Assembly: GCA_002269645.1 (NCBI GenBank)
Contig: NIVC01004419.1
Span: 1 to 46,656 of the forward strand
DNA: 46,656 nt
Reading direction: 5' to 3'
Origin: Macrostomum lignano
Taxonomy: Eukaryota
In this document: positions 1 through 12,300 of the stretch, piece after piece
How positions within the stretch are numbered: the stretch's first letter is position 1
How the letters are laid out: every line of letters starts with the position of its first letter
Position numbers and translations under genes: made by a program
Notes under the pieces: model-generated
The model's input: only the letters and a program-made list of their open reading frames with translations
Told to the model about the DNA's origin: nothing
Database searches by the model: none

Positions 1-328
1 TAACTAAAGTAATTTATAATGAATGATTTTATTTTATTTTAACAATTCTTACTGGTTTGAGTTTGTACACTATTATGTAGATTATATAAAAGATTGCTAA
101 GTTTTGAATTGAAATAAAAGCAAGTAGCCGGCAAATAGAATATATAGAAAATAAAAATCGGAAGCTATGACCCAATGGGTATAGTAATTAAGAAGCAATT
201 TTTTTAAGTCTATTGGACCCCTATTCTTTTCTTTTTTCATGGGCTACAATAAAGGCATATTTGATTTACTATAGGAAACAACTACCAAGAAAAAAGGTGC
301 AAAGATCGAACTTTGCACAAAGTTTTAA

Positions 329-3300
329 ATGGCATCACCATGGATTCTACAATGGCTACTGGTTGTATTGGCACTCTGCCAACTGGGCAGTTCTGAGACA
401 GTTTTACCCAATAGAATCGATGTCAACGCCCGCTGGGACCTGGCTCGTAGTCCCTACATAGCCACTACAGACGTGATCATTCCAGAGAGTGTGAGCAGTC
501 ACTGTGGATCCTGGAGTGAAATCCGGCTGGCTGCACAACGCCGATTGCAAGTTTTTGGCAGCCATTTCTGCCAAGGTTTGCAGGCTTCAATAGTTAATTT
601 TACTTTTATGAATGTGTTTTAATGCCTCTGATGACGAGACATTTGGTTTGATAAGCATGTCAAGCTATTGCTGCAGTTTGCTCACATGGTACGCTATGTT
701 GCACTCTTAAAATCGAATTCAATAGTCAATCACGTGACTTGCTTCTAATTGGCTGAACCTACAGTCAAATATTCTCTTTTATCGCGTGCCTTGCTTCCGA
801 TAGGCTGAACCTACAGTCAAATATTCTCTCTTATCACGTGCCTTTCTTCCGATTGGCTGAGCTCCAGTCGCATATTCTCTCTCATCACGTGACTTGCTTC
901 TAATTGGCTGAACCTCCAACCACATATTCTCTTATCACGTGCCTTGCTACCGTTTAGCTGAACTCCAGTCACATATTCTCTCTCATCACGTGACTTGCTT
1001 CTAATTCGCCGAGCCTCCAGTTGCATATTCTCTCTAGGAAAATGAGTCTACCAAGCGCATTATACGCTAACATATTCAGGGCACAGCAACGCAGCGCATC
1101 ACCATGACTAAAGTCAGCCCGTCAGCGGATCCCGGTTACGTTGTGCCGAAGGCGCTGCGCCTTGTCTATGGCTTCACCTATGAGGTTCGCGAACGGCTGG
1201 GCGCAAGGGTTTTATAAAAACCGGTGGCGTAACATCTGCAGCCGAACAGAGAGTGAGTTAAATGATAAGCGCCTTTTGTTATGTCGACATTCTAAGCGTT
1301 TTTAATAAGTCAAACTACAAAAACTTATCCAGCTGGTCCAAAATTGACTGTCGCGTGCCTGTCGCGAACTGGGATTCTCGGACGGCAATTTCACTCTGCT
1401 ATCAGTGGCTGAGAATTACACAACTGGCATTGTTTATACCGCGCCCGCTTGCCATGGCAACGAGTCCAGCATATTCGATTGTCCAGGCGCTCGCGACATC
1501 GAAATGGGCTGGGACGTCTGCCACATCCAAGAGCTGGTGGGGCTCTACTGCTGGGGCCCAACATGGACAAGTTCAAGGACACACTGGTGGGGCATCGAGG
1601 TTAGTAAAGTTCAGCTGAGCTGATACTCACACCCCACTCCGCCACCTCACTCCCACCTAATTCCGCCTACGTACCCACCTCACTCCGCCTACTCACCTAA
1701 CTCACTCCGCCTATGCACCCACCTCACTCCGCCTATGCACCCACCTCACTCCACCTACGCACCTAAATCACTCCGCCTACGCACCTACCTCACTCCACCT
1801 ACGCGCCTAACTCACTCCGCCTACGCACCCACCTCACTCCGCCTACTTACTCACCTAACTCACTCCGCCTACGCACCCATTTCACTCCGCCTACGCACCT
1901 ATTTCACTCCGCCTACGCACCTATTTCACTCCGCCTACGCACCCCTCACTACGCATTTTCCGCCGCCAGATGTACAACGCCACCAGGCAGCTGCAGTCGC
2001 TGCACACGCCAATACCCAGATGAATCGGTCGCGTTCCGAGTTCGAATTCGTGGACATCATGTACGCCGGCGTCAACACCACTCTGCACAATGTTGCCGCC
2101 TTCAGCGCCAGCCCCTATCCGCCCTTCCTGCTCAACATGCGCTTCATGCACAACGCATTTGACGCTATTAACCTCACCCAGATCAAAGGCCCCGTCCGGA
2201 TCTGGGACAGCGAATTCGCCAATAATCGCGGCCACGATTCCACGTTCAGACCGCCGTCGGCATGGTGGACCTACGCCGCGTGCGCTCGCACGACAACGGC
2301 GGCGACGGTGGCGTCGTCAGGATGATGGACTATCACTGGCAGGAGATCGAGGAGGAGATCACGCAGTCCGATACGGTCAGTCCTAGCTAAGCTCTTGTTT
2401 CACTTAGACATGTGAAGTTCCCCATATTTCATATTTCCCGTATCCTACATATTTTGACACCCTTAATTCTCAAATCTCACACTCTCCATCCCCACATCCC
2501 CATACCACACATTTCCATACCCCATATCCCATAACCCGCATCCCCATAGCCCACATCCCCAGGGGCGTCGCCATGGATTTAATGGTGGGGGGACAAAGCC
2601 AATAATTCTACATGTACATTTTCATGACTAAATTTCTACATTTCCATTATTTTGAGAATCGTGTTGTCAGCGCTCATTTTGGCGCCATAGGCACTCATTT
2701 TGGCGCCTTAGGCACTCAGTTTGGCGCCTTAGGGCACTCAGTTTGGCGCCGAAGGCACTCATTTTGGCGCCATAGGCACTCATTTTGGCACCATAGGCAC
2801 ACAGTTTGGCGCCTTAGGCACTCATTTTGGCGCCATAGGCACTCAGTTTGGCGCCTTAGGCACTCATTTTGCGCCTTAGGCACTCATTTTGGCCGAAGGC
2901 ACTCATTTTGGCGCCTTAGGCACTCATTTTGGCGCCTTAGGCACTCATTTTGGCGCCATAGGCACTCATTTTGGTGCCGAATGCGCTACAAAGCATTTGC
3001 ATGTCCCCCCATAGCTTTTACTGCGGGGACATGTACCCCCGTCCCGTCCCCCCCCGGTGGCGACGCGCCTGCACATCCCCATAACCCAAATCCCATAACC
3101 CACATCTCCATAACCCACATTCTCATATGCCACATTCCATGCTCCAAATTCCCATACCCCACATAACCATATCCCACACACCCATACCCTTAATTTGCAT
3201 ATCTGACACATATCCCTCATTGCCCAATAATCATACATAATTTTCCATTTGTAAACCCCATTCTCTTCCTCGCCAGGTCCGCCTCTGCTGGGACGATCCG

Positions 3301-6300
3301 TCAACGCAAAGTCCCAGATTCCCGTTCCTCATCGAGGCCAAAGGCCGGGTGCCGTCAACCATTGACGTGAACATCTGCCAGAAGACTGTGCAGACAGACT
3401 ACCTCGGCCAGCTACTGACTGTATCCATGCTGGAGGCCGAGCTGGACCCCGAGGCCTACGCCCTGATCCGCATCTACGACCAGATGTCCTCCAACCTGCA
3501 GGTGGCCTTCTGGAACGTCAGCATGCGTAACGACACCAAGCCGCCGAAGCCCTTCATCTATCAGGGCGTCGTGTCAAGGCGCCAGATGCTCCGCATTGAG
3601 ATGACCTGGGTGAAGTCCACCCGGCTGACAAGGTGCACCACATTTGAGCCGTGCGTTCGAGTTATTCTACAGGTGAGACTGTACAGGCTATAATTCTACT
3701 AATTTTCAGCCATGCAAATACATGTATGACCGATTTTTTCCCACGTTGTGTATTTAATAGATTTCTTATCCCACACTCCCCATATCCTACACTCCCCTTA
3801 TCCCACACTCCCCATATCCTACACTCCCCTTATCCCACACTCCCCATATCCTACACTCCCCTTATCCCACACTCCCCATATCCTACACTCCCCTTGTCCC
3901 ACACTTCCCAATATTTCACGCTCCCCATATCCGACACTCCCCATATCCCACACTCCCAATATTTCACACTCCCTATATCCCACACTTTCTATATCCCACA
4001 CTCCCATATCCCATATTCCCTATATCCCACATTCCCCATATACCACACTTTCCAATATTCCACATTTCCCACATCCCACACTCCCCATATCCCACACCAG
4101 TCACTTCGAAACTCTCTCACTCTCCCCAGGTGTCGGTAGACAACGGCCGCAAGATGTCAGAGCTTTCGGTGTCCGAGTCGGACTTCTCGTCAAACGTACA
4201 ACGCGGCCTGACCGTGGCCAACCCGTGGACCTACGTAGTGGTCAGGGAGAGCACTTTCCGAGCCAACCTGTTCGATGCCGGCCTGAAGATTGTCAATGGC
4301 TCAACGGACGTGTTCGTCAATAGGACTAATTTCCTTGGCAACGAGAGATCCGGACTCAACATCAGCACGGCCAGCGGTCTGCGAGTGGTCAACGCCAGCA
4401 GTTTCCAGTACCAGCAGGGGTTCGGCATGGACGTGTGGCACCAGTACGAGAACCAGACCCGGTTCGGCACGACCGGGTATCCAAGGCAGACTGAGGTGTT
4501 CACCTCGAACTTTAGCTGGAACAGCGAGGCGGCTGCGAGGTGAGCTCACTGCCAGTAGCTTAGTGTCATAGATTGTTGTCGGTACTTTTAGGGTCATAGA
4601 TTGTTGTCGGTACTTTTAGGGTCATAGATTGTTGTCGGTACTTTTAGTGTCATAGATTGTTGTCGGTACTTTTAGGGTCATAGATTGTTGTCGGTACTTT
4701 TAGTGTCATAGATTGTTGTCGTACTTTTAGGGTCATAGATTGTTGTCGGTACTTTTAGTGTCATAGATTGTTGTCGGTACTTTTAGGGTCATAGATTGTT
4801 GTCGCTAGTTTTAGGGTCATAGATTGTTGTCGGTACTTTTTGGGGTCATAGATTGTTGTCGGTACTTTTAGTGTCATAGATTGTTGTCGGTACTTTTAGG
4901 GTCATAGATTGTTGTCGGTACTTTTAGTGTCATAGATTGTTGTCGTACTTTTAGGGTCATAGATTGTTGTCGGTACTTTTAGTGTCATAGATTGTTGTCG
5001 GTACTTTTAGGGTCATAGATTGTTGTCGGTACTTTTAGTGTCATAGATTGTTGTCGGTACTTTTAGGGTCATAGATTGTTGTCGCTAGTTTTAGGGTCAT
5101 AGATTGTTGTCGGTACTTTTTGGGGTCATAGATTGTTGTCGTACTTTTAGGGTCATAGATTGTTGTCGGTACTTTTAGGGTCATAGATTGTTGTCGGTAC
5201 TTTTAGTGTCATAGATTGTTGTCGGTACTTTTAGGGTCATAGATTGTTGTCGGTACTTTTAGTGTCATAGATTGTTGTCGGTACTTTTAGGGTCATAGAT
5301 TGTTGTCGCTAGTTTTAGGGTCATAGATTGTTGTCGGTACTTTTTGGGGTCATAGATTGTTGTCGGTACTTTTAGGGTCATAGATTGTTGTCGGTACTTT
5401 TAGGGTCATAGATTGTTGTCGGTACTTTTAGTGTCATAGATTGTTGTCGGTACTTTTAGGGTCATAGATTGTTGTCGGTACTTTTAGTGTCATAGATTGT
5501 TGTCGTACTTTTAGGGTCATAGATTGTTGTCGGTACTTTTAGTGTCATAGATTGTTGTCGGTACTTTTAGGGTCATAGATTGTTGTCGGTACTTTTAGGG
5601 TCATAGATTGTTGTCGGTACTTTTAGGGTCATAGATTGTTGTCGGTACTTTTAGGGTCATAAATTGTTGTCGGTACTTTTAGGGTCATAGATTGTTGTCG
5701 GTACTTTTAGGGTCATAGATTGTTGTCGGAACATTTAGGGTCATAGATTATGGTCGGTACTTTTTGGGTCATAGATTGTTGTCGGTACTTTTAGTGTCAT
5801 AGATTGTTGTCGGTACTTTTAGGGTCATAGATTGTTGTCGGTACTTTTAGGGTCAAACATTATTGTCGGAACTTCATGGTCATAGATTATTTTCGGTAGT
5901 TTTAGGGTCATAGATTGTTGTTGGTAGTTTTAGGGTCATAGATTGTTGTTGGTAGTTTTAGGGTCATAGATTGTTGTTGGTAGTTTTAGGGTCATAGATT
6001 GTTGTCGGAACATTTAGGGTCATAGATTGTTGTCGGTACTTTTTGGGTCAAACATTATTGTCGGAACATTTAGGGTCATAGATTGTTGTCGGTACTTTTT
6101 GGGTCAAACATTATTGTCGGAACTTTTATGGTCATAGATTTTTTTCGGTAGTTTGAGGGTCATAGAATATTGTCAGTAGTTTTAGGGTCATAGATTATTG
6201 TCAGTAGTTTTAGGGTCATAGATTGTTGTCGGTACTTTTAGGGTCATAGATTGTTGTCGGTAGTTTTAGGGTCATAGATTGTTGTGGTAGTTTTAGGGTC

Positions 6301-9300
6301 ATAGATTATTGTCGGTAGTTTTAGGGTCATAGATTGTTGTTGGTAGTTTTAGGGTCATAGATTGTTGTTGGTAGTTTTAGGGTCATAGATTGTTGTTGGT
6401 AGTTTTAGGGTCATAGATTGTTGTTGGTAGTTTTAGGGTCATAGATTGTTGTCGGTAGTTTTAGGGTCATAGATTGTTGTCGGTACTTTTAGGGTCATAG
6501 ATTGTTTTCGGTAGTCTTAGGGTCATAGATTGTTGTCGGTACTTTTAGGGTCATAGATTGTTTTCGGTAGTCTTAGGGTCATAGATTATTGTCGGTAGTT
6601 TTTGGGTCATAGATTGTTGTTAGTATTTTTAGAGTCATAGATTATTGTCGGTAGTTTTAGGGTCATAGATTGTTGTTGGTAGTTTTAGGGTCATAGATTG
6701 TTGTTGGTAGTTTTAGGGTCATAGATTATTGTTGGTAGTTTTAGGGTCATAGATTATTGTCGGAACTTTTATGGTCATAGATTATTGTCGGTAGTTTGAG
6801 GGTCATAGAATATTGTCAGTAGTTTTAGGGTCATAGATTATTGTCGGAACTTTTATGGTCATAGATTATTGTCGGTAGTTTGAGGGTCATAGAATATTGT
6901 CAGTAGTTTTAGGGTCATAGATTATTGTCGGTAGTTTTAGGGTCATAGATTGTTGTTGGTAGTTTTAGGGTCATAGATTGTTGTTGGTAGTTTTAGGGTC
7001 ATAGATTATTGTTGGTAGTTTTAGGGTCATAGATTATTGTCGGAACTTTTATGGTCATATATTATTTTCGGTAGTTTGAGGGTCATAGAATATTGTCAGT
7101 AGTTTTAGGGTCATAGATTATTGTCGGAACTTTTATGGTCATAGATTATTGTCGGTAGTTTGAGGGTCATAGAATATTGTCAGTAGTTTTAGGGTCATAG
7201 ATTATTGTCGGTAGTTTTAGGGTCATAGATTGTTGTTAGTAGTTTTAGAGTCATGGATTCTTGTCGGGTTTACACTGATTATGCTTGGTTCCCTCTTTCC
7301 CACCAGATTCTACAACTCGTGCGACACGCACAACATTGTGGTGAATAACAGCGACTTCCGCCAGAACCAACGCCAAGGCATCCTGGCCGTCTCCTGTCTG
7401 TACAGCCCCCGCGGGGTGACCAACTTCACCGTGGCGTTCAGCCAGTTTGCTGAAAATGTTCGCAACGCAATCGAAGTGGCCCCAATGCTGAACATGATTG
7501 GCAGGATAACTAATAACACATTTGAAAGGCACAACAGATCTGTAGTGCTCATTGACAATGGCATCAATTTTGTACAGCAGAGAATCTATGCTACAATGTC
7601 GGTGAAGTACGCTATCGAGTACAATATATTCCAGTACAATAGCGGCTATTTTGTATTGAACACCCGGCTGCTGCTGAATAGCGTGGTGCAGAGCATCGCT
7701 ATTATGTACAATAAATTCATTGACAATGCCATCAAGAAGGCGCCAGGGTTCCTCAATCCCCGAAGCAGCGTGCAGGCCGTAGTGATTCTCAGCTCCGACC
7801 AGAGTCAGCTGGCATTCTGCAGGAACTACATCAATAATACTCAGTCGGATTATGAGATTGGCACACATCTAATGTCGCCAATGTCCTCGGTGAATGCCAC
7901 TCTCAATTTCTGGGGCACCCCGGCCGATCTGCGGGTTGGCACCTGGGACAGCGTTGCTCCGTTGGTGTTCGCCAGGCTGTTTGACAAGATTGCCAGGTGA
8001 GTGAATGACTTGGGGGAACTGGTCAACGGGTTTTGTATGCCGCAGACTCTGTTCTCCAATAATTAGTCTTTGTTTCGTACAACAACAGTCCTTGTCGGGT
8101 GCTGTCATGTACCTAGATTTGAAATGGAGACCTCAACGTATTGTCAAAGAAGACACCTGCTGGTCATCTTGCCTGGTCTTCGTCTCAAATCACCAGTCTT
8201 AGTCTTATATAAGTTTATATTGCAGGTACATCACCAGTCTTTGTCTCATATAACCAGTCTTTGTCTCATATAACCAGTCTTTGTCTCATGGTCAGTCTTT
8301 GTCTCGTATGACCAGTCTGTCTCATAAGACTAGTCTTTGTCTCATATGGCCTTTCTTTGTCTCATATGGCCTTTCTTTGTCTCATATGGCCAGTTTTTGT
8401 CTCATATGGCCTGTCTTTGTCTCATATGGCCAGTCTGCCTCAGAACTGGCTCTGTATCGTTGTATCGTATTGCCAGTCTTGCCCAATATCAGCAGCCATA
8501 AATAAATAACAGCTCGCACAATTTTATCCCACTTGAATTGGCAGGTACACCCTGGCCCGGATCAAGTACTGGCCAGTGCTCAAAGAGCGCCTGCTCAACA
8601 CGGACAAGAACACGTTTGACACGCCCGAGTTCATCTATAGGTTCCGAGAGGGCTCGTCCAGAATCATTGGCGGCCCGATATTGGACGAGTTCATCTCCCA
8701 GGTCACCCTGGAAGGCGGGGTCTATCAGGTAAGTCTCATTAGCAAACGGTAAATTTCTGGGTTAATTGCTGTGTTGTCCGCGTCCCCCTTTTCAAACCTG
8801 GAAAAGCAATGACCCTAAGCTACTGAGCAGCTATTGCCCTAAGCTACTGAGCAGCTATGACCCTAAGCTACTGAGCAGCTATGACCCTAAGCTACTGAGC
8901 AGCTATGACCCTAAGCTACTGAGCAGCTATGACCCTAAGCTACTGAGCAGCTATGACCCTAAGCTACTGAGCAGCTATGACCCTAAGCTACTGAGCAGCC
9001 ATGACCCTAAGCTACTGAGCAGCTATGACCCTAAACTACTGAGCAGCTATGACCCTAAGCTACTGAGCAGCCATGACCCTAAGCTACTGAGCAGCTATGA
9101 CCCTAAACTACTGAGCAGCTATGACCCTAAGCTACTGAGCAGCTATTGCCCTAAGCTACTGAGCAGCTATGGCCGTAATTTGGACAATTTAGCACAAAGA
9201 GAAGGCATTCAGCATGTCAAAAAATGAAATATTAACAATGAAACCCGCAGGTAACCCGCGACATATTCGTGCCCCTTCGCAACAAGCTCGTCATCCAGCC

Positions 9301-12300
9301 CGGCGCCCGTTTAGAATTCGACAATTCCGTCGGTATCTTCGTTGAAGGCTCCCTGACAGTTGGCGGCACACCCTCTCAGCCGGTGACCTTCACCATGGGC
9401 CCCGGGCAGTACCTGGGCGGCCTGGGCTCAGCCAATCACAGCGTCGCTAACGGCACCTCCAACGGCACAGACCCTGGCGCCGGCGTCAACGTCCGCCTAG
9501 CCGACGGTCGCAGCTTCGCCGAGGGCCGATTAGAGATTCAAATTGACGGCGTCTGGGGCACCGTGTGCGACCGCGACTTCGAACTGGCCGAGGCCAACAT
9601 CGTCTGCAACATGCTGGGCCTGGTGGCGCACCCGGCCGACTGGCAGCTGCTGCCTGCCGAGCGCCGGCCCGGCCCAGCCTCCATGCCGATCCTGCGGTCC
9701 GGGCTGCAGTGCCAGCCCTGGGACCTAGACATCCGCGCCTGCCCTGCCGACGGACCCAGCGATCACAGCTGCGACCACAGTCGGGATGTTCACCTGCGCT
9801 GCAAGCGGAAGGCCTGGGCCGGCCTGCGGTTCACCGCGTCGAACGATTTGAGCACAGTCACGCATCTTAACTTGGACACGGGCGGGCTTTTGGACTATTT
9901 TCGAATGTACTTTTCACCCGGAGTGCAGGTGCGTTCTAGCTAGTAGCGCCTTGGCAACACTAGTTTTACCTAGCCTAGTATTCTAGCGCGATGCTCTGAT
10001 GTGCCAGCGGCCCGGGCTCGATTCCAAGTTCAGTCGCATTGATTTGGGTCTAAATTGGAATCTCGGCTTGGCTCTGCTCGTGCAGTTAACGCCATTGAGA
10101 GCCGACCCCCAATGTACATTGAAGTGTACATGCCTGACGATTGGAAAATCAGGGCGGCTGTACACCCTGTGTGAATTTGAGCACAACTGCTCGCCTCCTC
10201 GCTGACTTTTCAAAGACTCAAGCGACTGTATAATGCGATTGAGAGGCGACTGTTGAGTCATGAACGCGTCATTTTGTGAGTTTTAGAATCGTTAAAAAGC
10301 CGCGAAAAAGTCGTTCAATAGTCGTTGTGTTGGCGCTGAACTTTCTACTAACTCAAGTAGACTAAATAGAGTTGTCATAAATTCGAAATGCGATTCTAAT
10401 TCATAAAGTGACCCAGATGCGCCTTAGACGCAACTCAGTGATTCTGCAGCGACTCTATGGCCCTAGAGTCATATATTAAAGAAGTCCCCCAGAGTCACTT
10501 GCGTCGCCCAGAGTTGTTTCAGAGTCGCAGAAGACGATAAAACGCCACAAATAGCTCTTAGGCGACTCTTTCACGACTTTTGGCGACTTGTACCGTGACA
10601 TCTCGTCGTTTTAAGAGTCGTCTAGAGTCACTTCTTTCCTATTTTACCTGTGTTACCTGCAACGACACTGAGATGACTCTGGGACGCTTCTTGGTCTGGG
10701 TAACTTTTTTATAGAAGCTGCGGGTTGACCTGTCAACTAACTGAATTTAGTCTCCCCCATCCCGTTGCCAGGTGGACTATAACAAGCATCTGTTCCAGAA
10801 TGTTCGAGTCTCCAACTGCCTTTCGCACGGGTTTGTTGTGCTGCACAATGAGCTTTACCGGGACAACCGGCTTAGCAACTGCCAGCTGACTGGTAACCTT
10901 GGCAACGGAGTGCTGATCCGCAGCCCCCTGATCGGCCTCACCGCCTGCAACATGTCAAACAATCAGGGCTCGGGATTCGAGTACAACCCCGGCTTCACCG
11001 AGCAGGAAGCTTACGAGTTTCGTTCGTCGTTTCCGCCAGTTCGCAAAACTATGCTAACTAGCCTGACCGCCTCTTCGCCTCAGGTGATTGGCATTCAGTC
11101 CAGCGACACCGACTACCTGGTCACCAACCCGAGCGCCAGTGCCGTCAGCGGCGTCTACCGGGTGCAGCTGAACGCCGGCCAGTCAGAGCAGCGGCTCATC
11201 CTCACCGTGGTGGACTTTAACCCGGACCCAGCCTGGGAGCGGGTCACCATCTACGATGTGGCTGCCGCTTCAGTTAATGAGAATTCGCCAAAATGGCGCA
11301 TTCCAGAGGATCTGGTACTGTTTCCCGCTGTATCCTCGGGCGCCGCGGTCACGGTGGAGTACCGAGTGAAGGGTCCCGTCACGGACAAGCTGGCTCTGAT
11401 AGTGCAATCGTCGGATATGCGCGGCATGCCCGAGGCTAATTATCGAGACTACTATCCGCCTACCAAACTGTTGCTTAGCAACTGCCAGATGATCGGCAAC
11501 GCCAAGGGTATTTCTATTACGCATTATAACGACGGTACCGACGACCAGTTGTCGAGGGTGTACATCAGGCGGCGGTTTGAAACCATCGAGATGACTGGAT
11601 TGACCATTGCGGACAATCGGCAATACGGCCTTCACGTGCCGAGTGTCAGTCCGTATCAGGTAACTATTGGGAGTCTTGATAGGCTCTGCAACTGTGACTG
11701 AGTAGGCTCTGCAACTGTGACTGAATAGGCTCTGCAACTGTGACTGAGTAGGCTCTGCAACTGTGACTGAATAGGCTCTGCAACTGTGACTGAGTAGCTT
11801 TGCAACTACGAGTATGTCTGAGTAGCACTGCAACTATGACTGAGTACCCCTGCAACTGTGACTGAGTAGACTCTTCATTCATGACTGAGTAGGCTCTTCA
11901 ATCATGACTGAGTAGACTCTTCATTCATGACTGAGTAGGCTCTTCAATCATGACTGAGTAGACTCTTAATTCATGACTGAGTAGGCTCTTCAATCATGAC
12001 TGAGTAGACTCTTCATTCATGACTGAGTAGGCTCTTCAATCATGACTGAGTAGACTCTTAATTCATGACTGAGTAGGCTCTTCAATCATGACTGAGTAGA
12101 CTCTTAATTCATGACTGAGTAGGCTCTTCATTCATAACTGAGTAGGCTCTTCATTCATAACTGAGTAGGCTCTTCAATCATAACTGAGTAGACTCTTCAT
12201 TCATGACTGAGTAGGCTCTTCAATCATGACTGAGTAGACTCTTCATTCATGACTGAGTAGACTCTTCATTCATGACTGAGTAGGCTCTTCAATCATGACT

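Noticed and set aside
480-2240. Programmed ribosomal frameshifting or RNA editing to explain the frame breaks
   Set aside because: Too many, clustered, with no slippery heptamer or pseudoknot context; consensus error is simpler.
4560-7255. CRISPR-like regular repeat array
   Set aside because: Head-to-tail monomers with no unique spacers, inside a spliceosomal intron, and no cas genes. The same applies to the 23-, 24-, 25-, 33- and 69-bp arrays.
8766-9227. 153-aa DPKLLSSY repeat ORF
   Set aside because: Translation of a 24-bp intronic minisatellite lying between phase-matched bark exons.
10200-10680. Degenerate gcgact/agtcgc motif cluster with local inverted symmetry
   Set aside because: No clear termini, TSD or unit length could be defined by eye; probably an old repeat.
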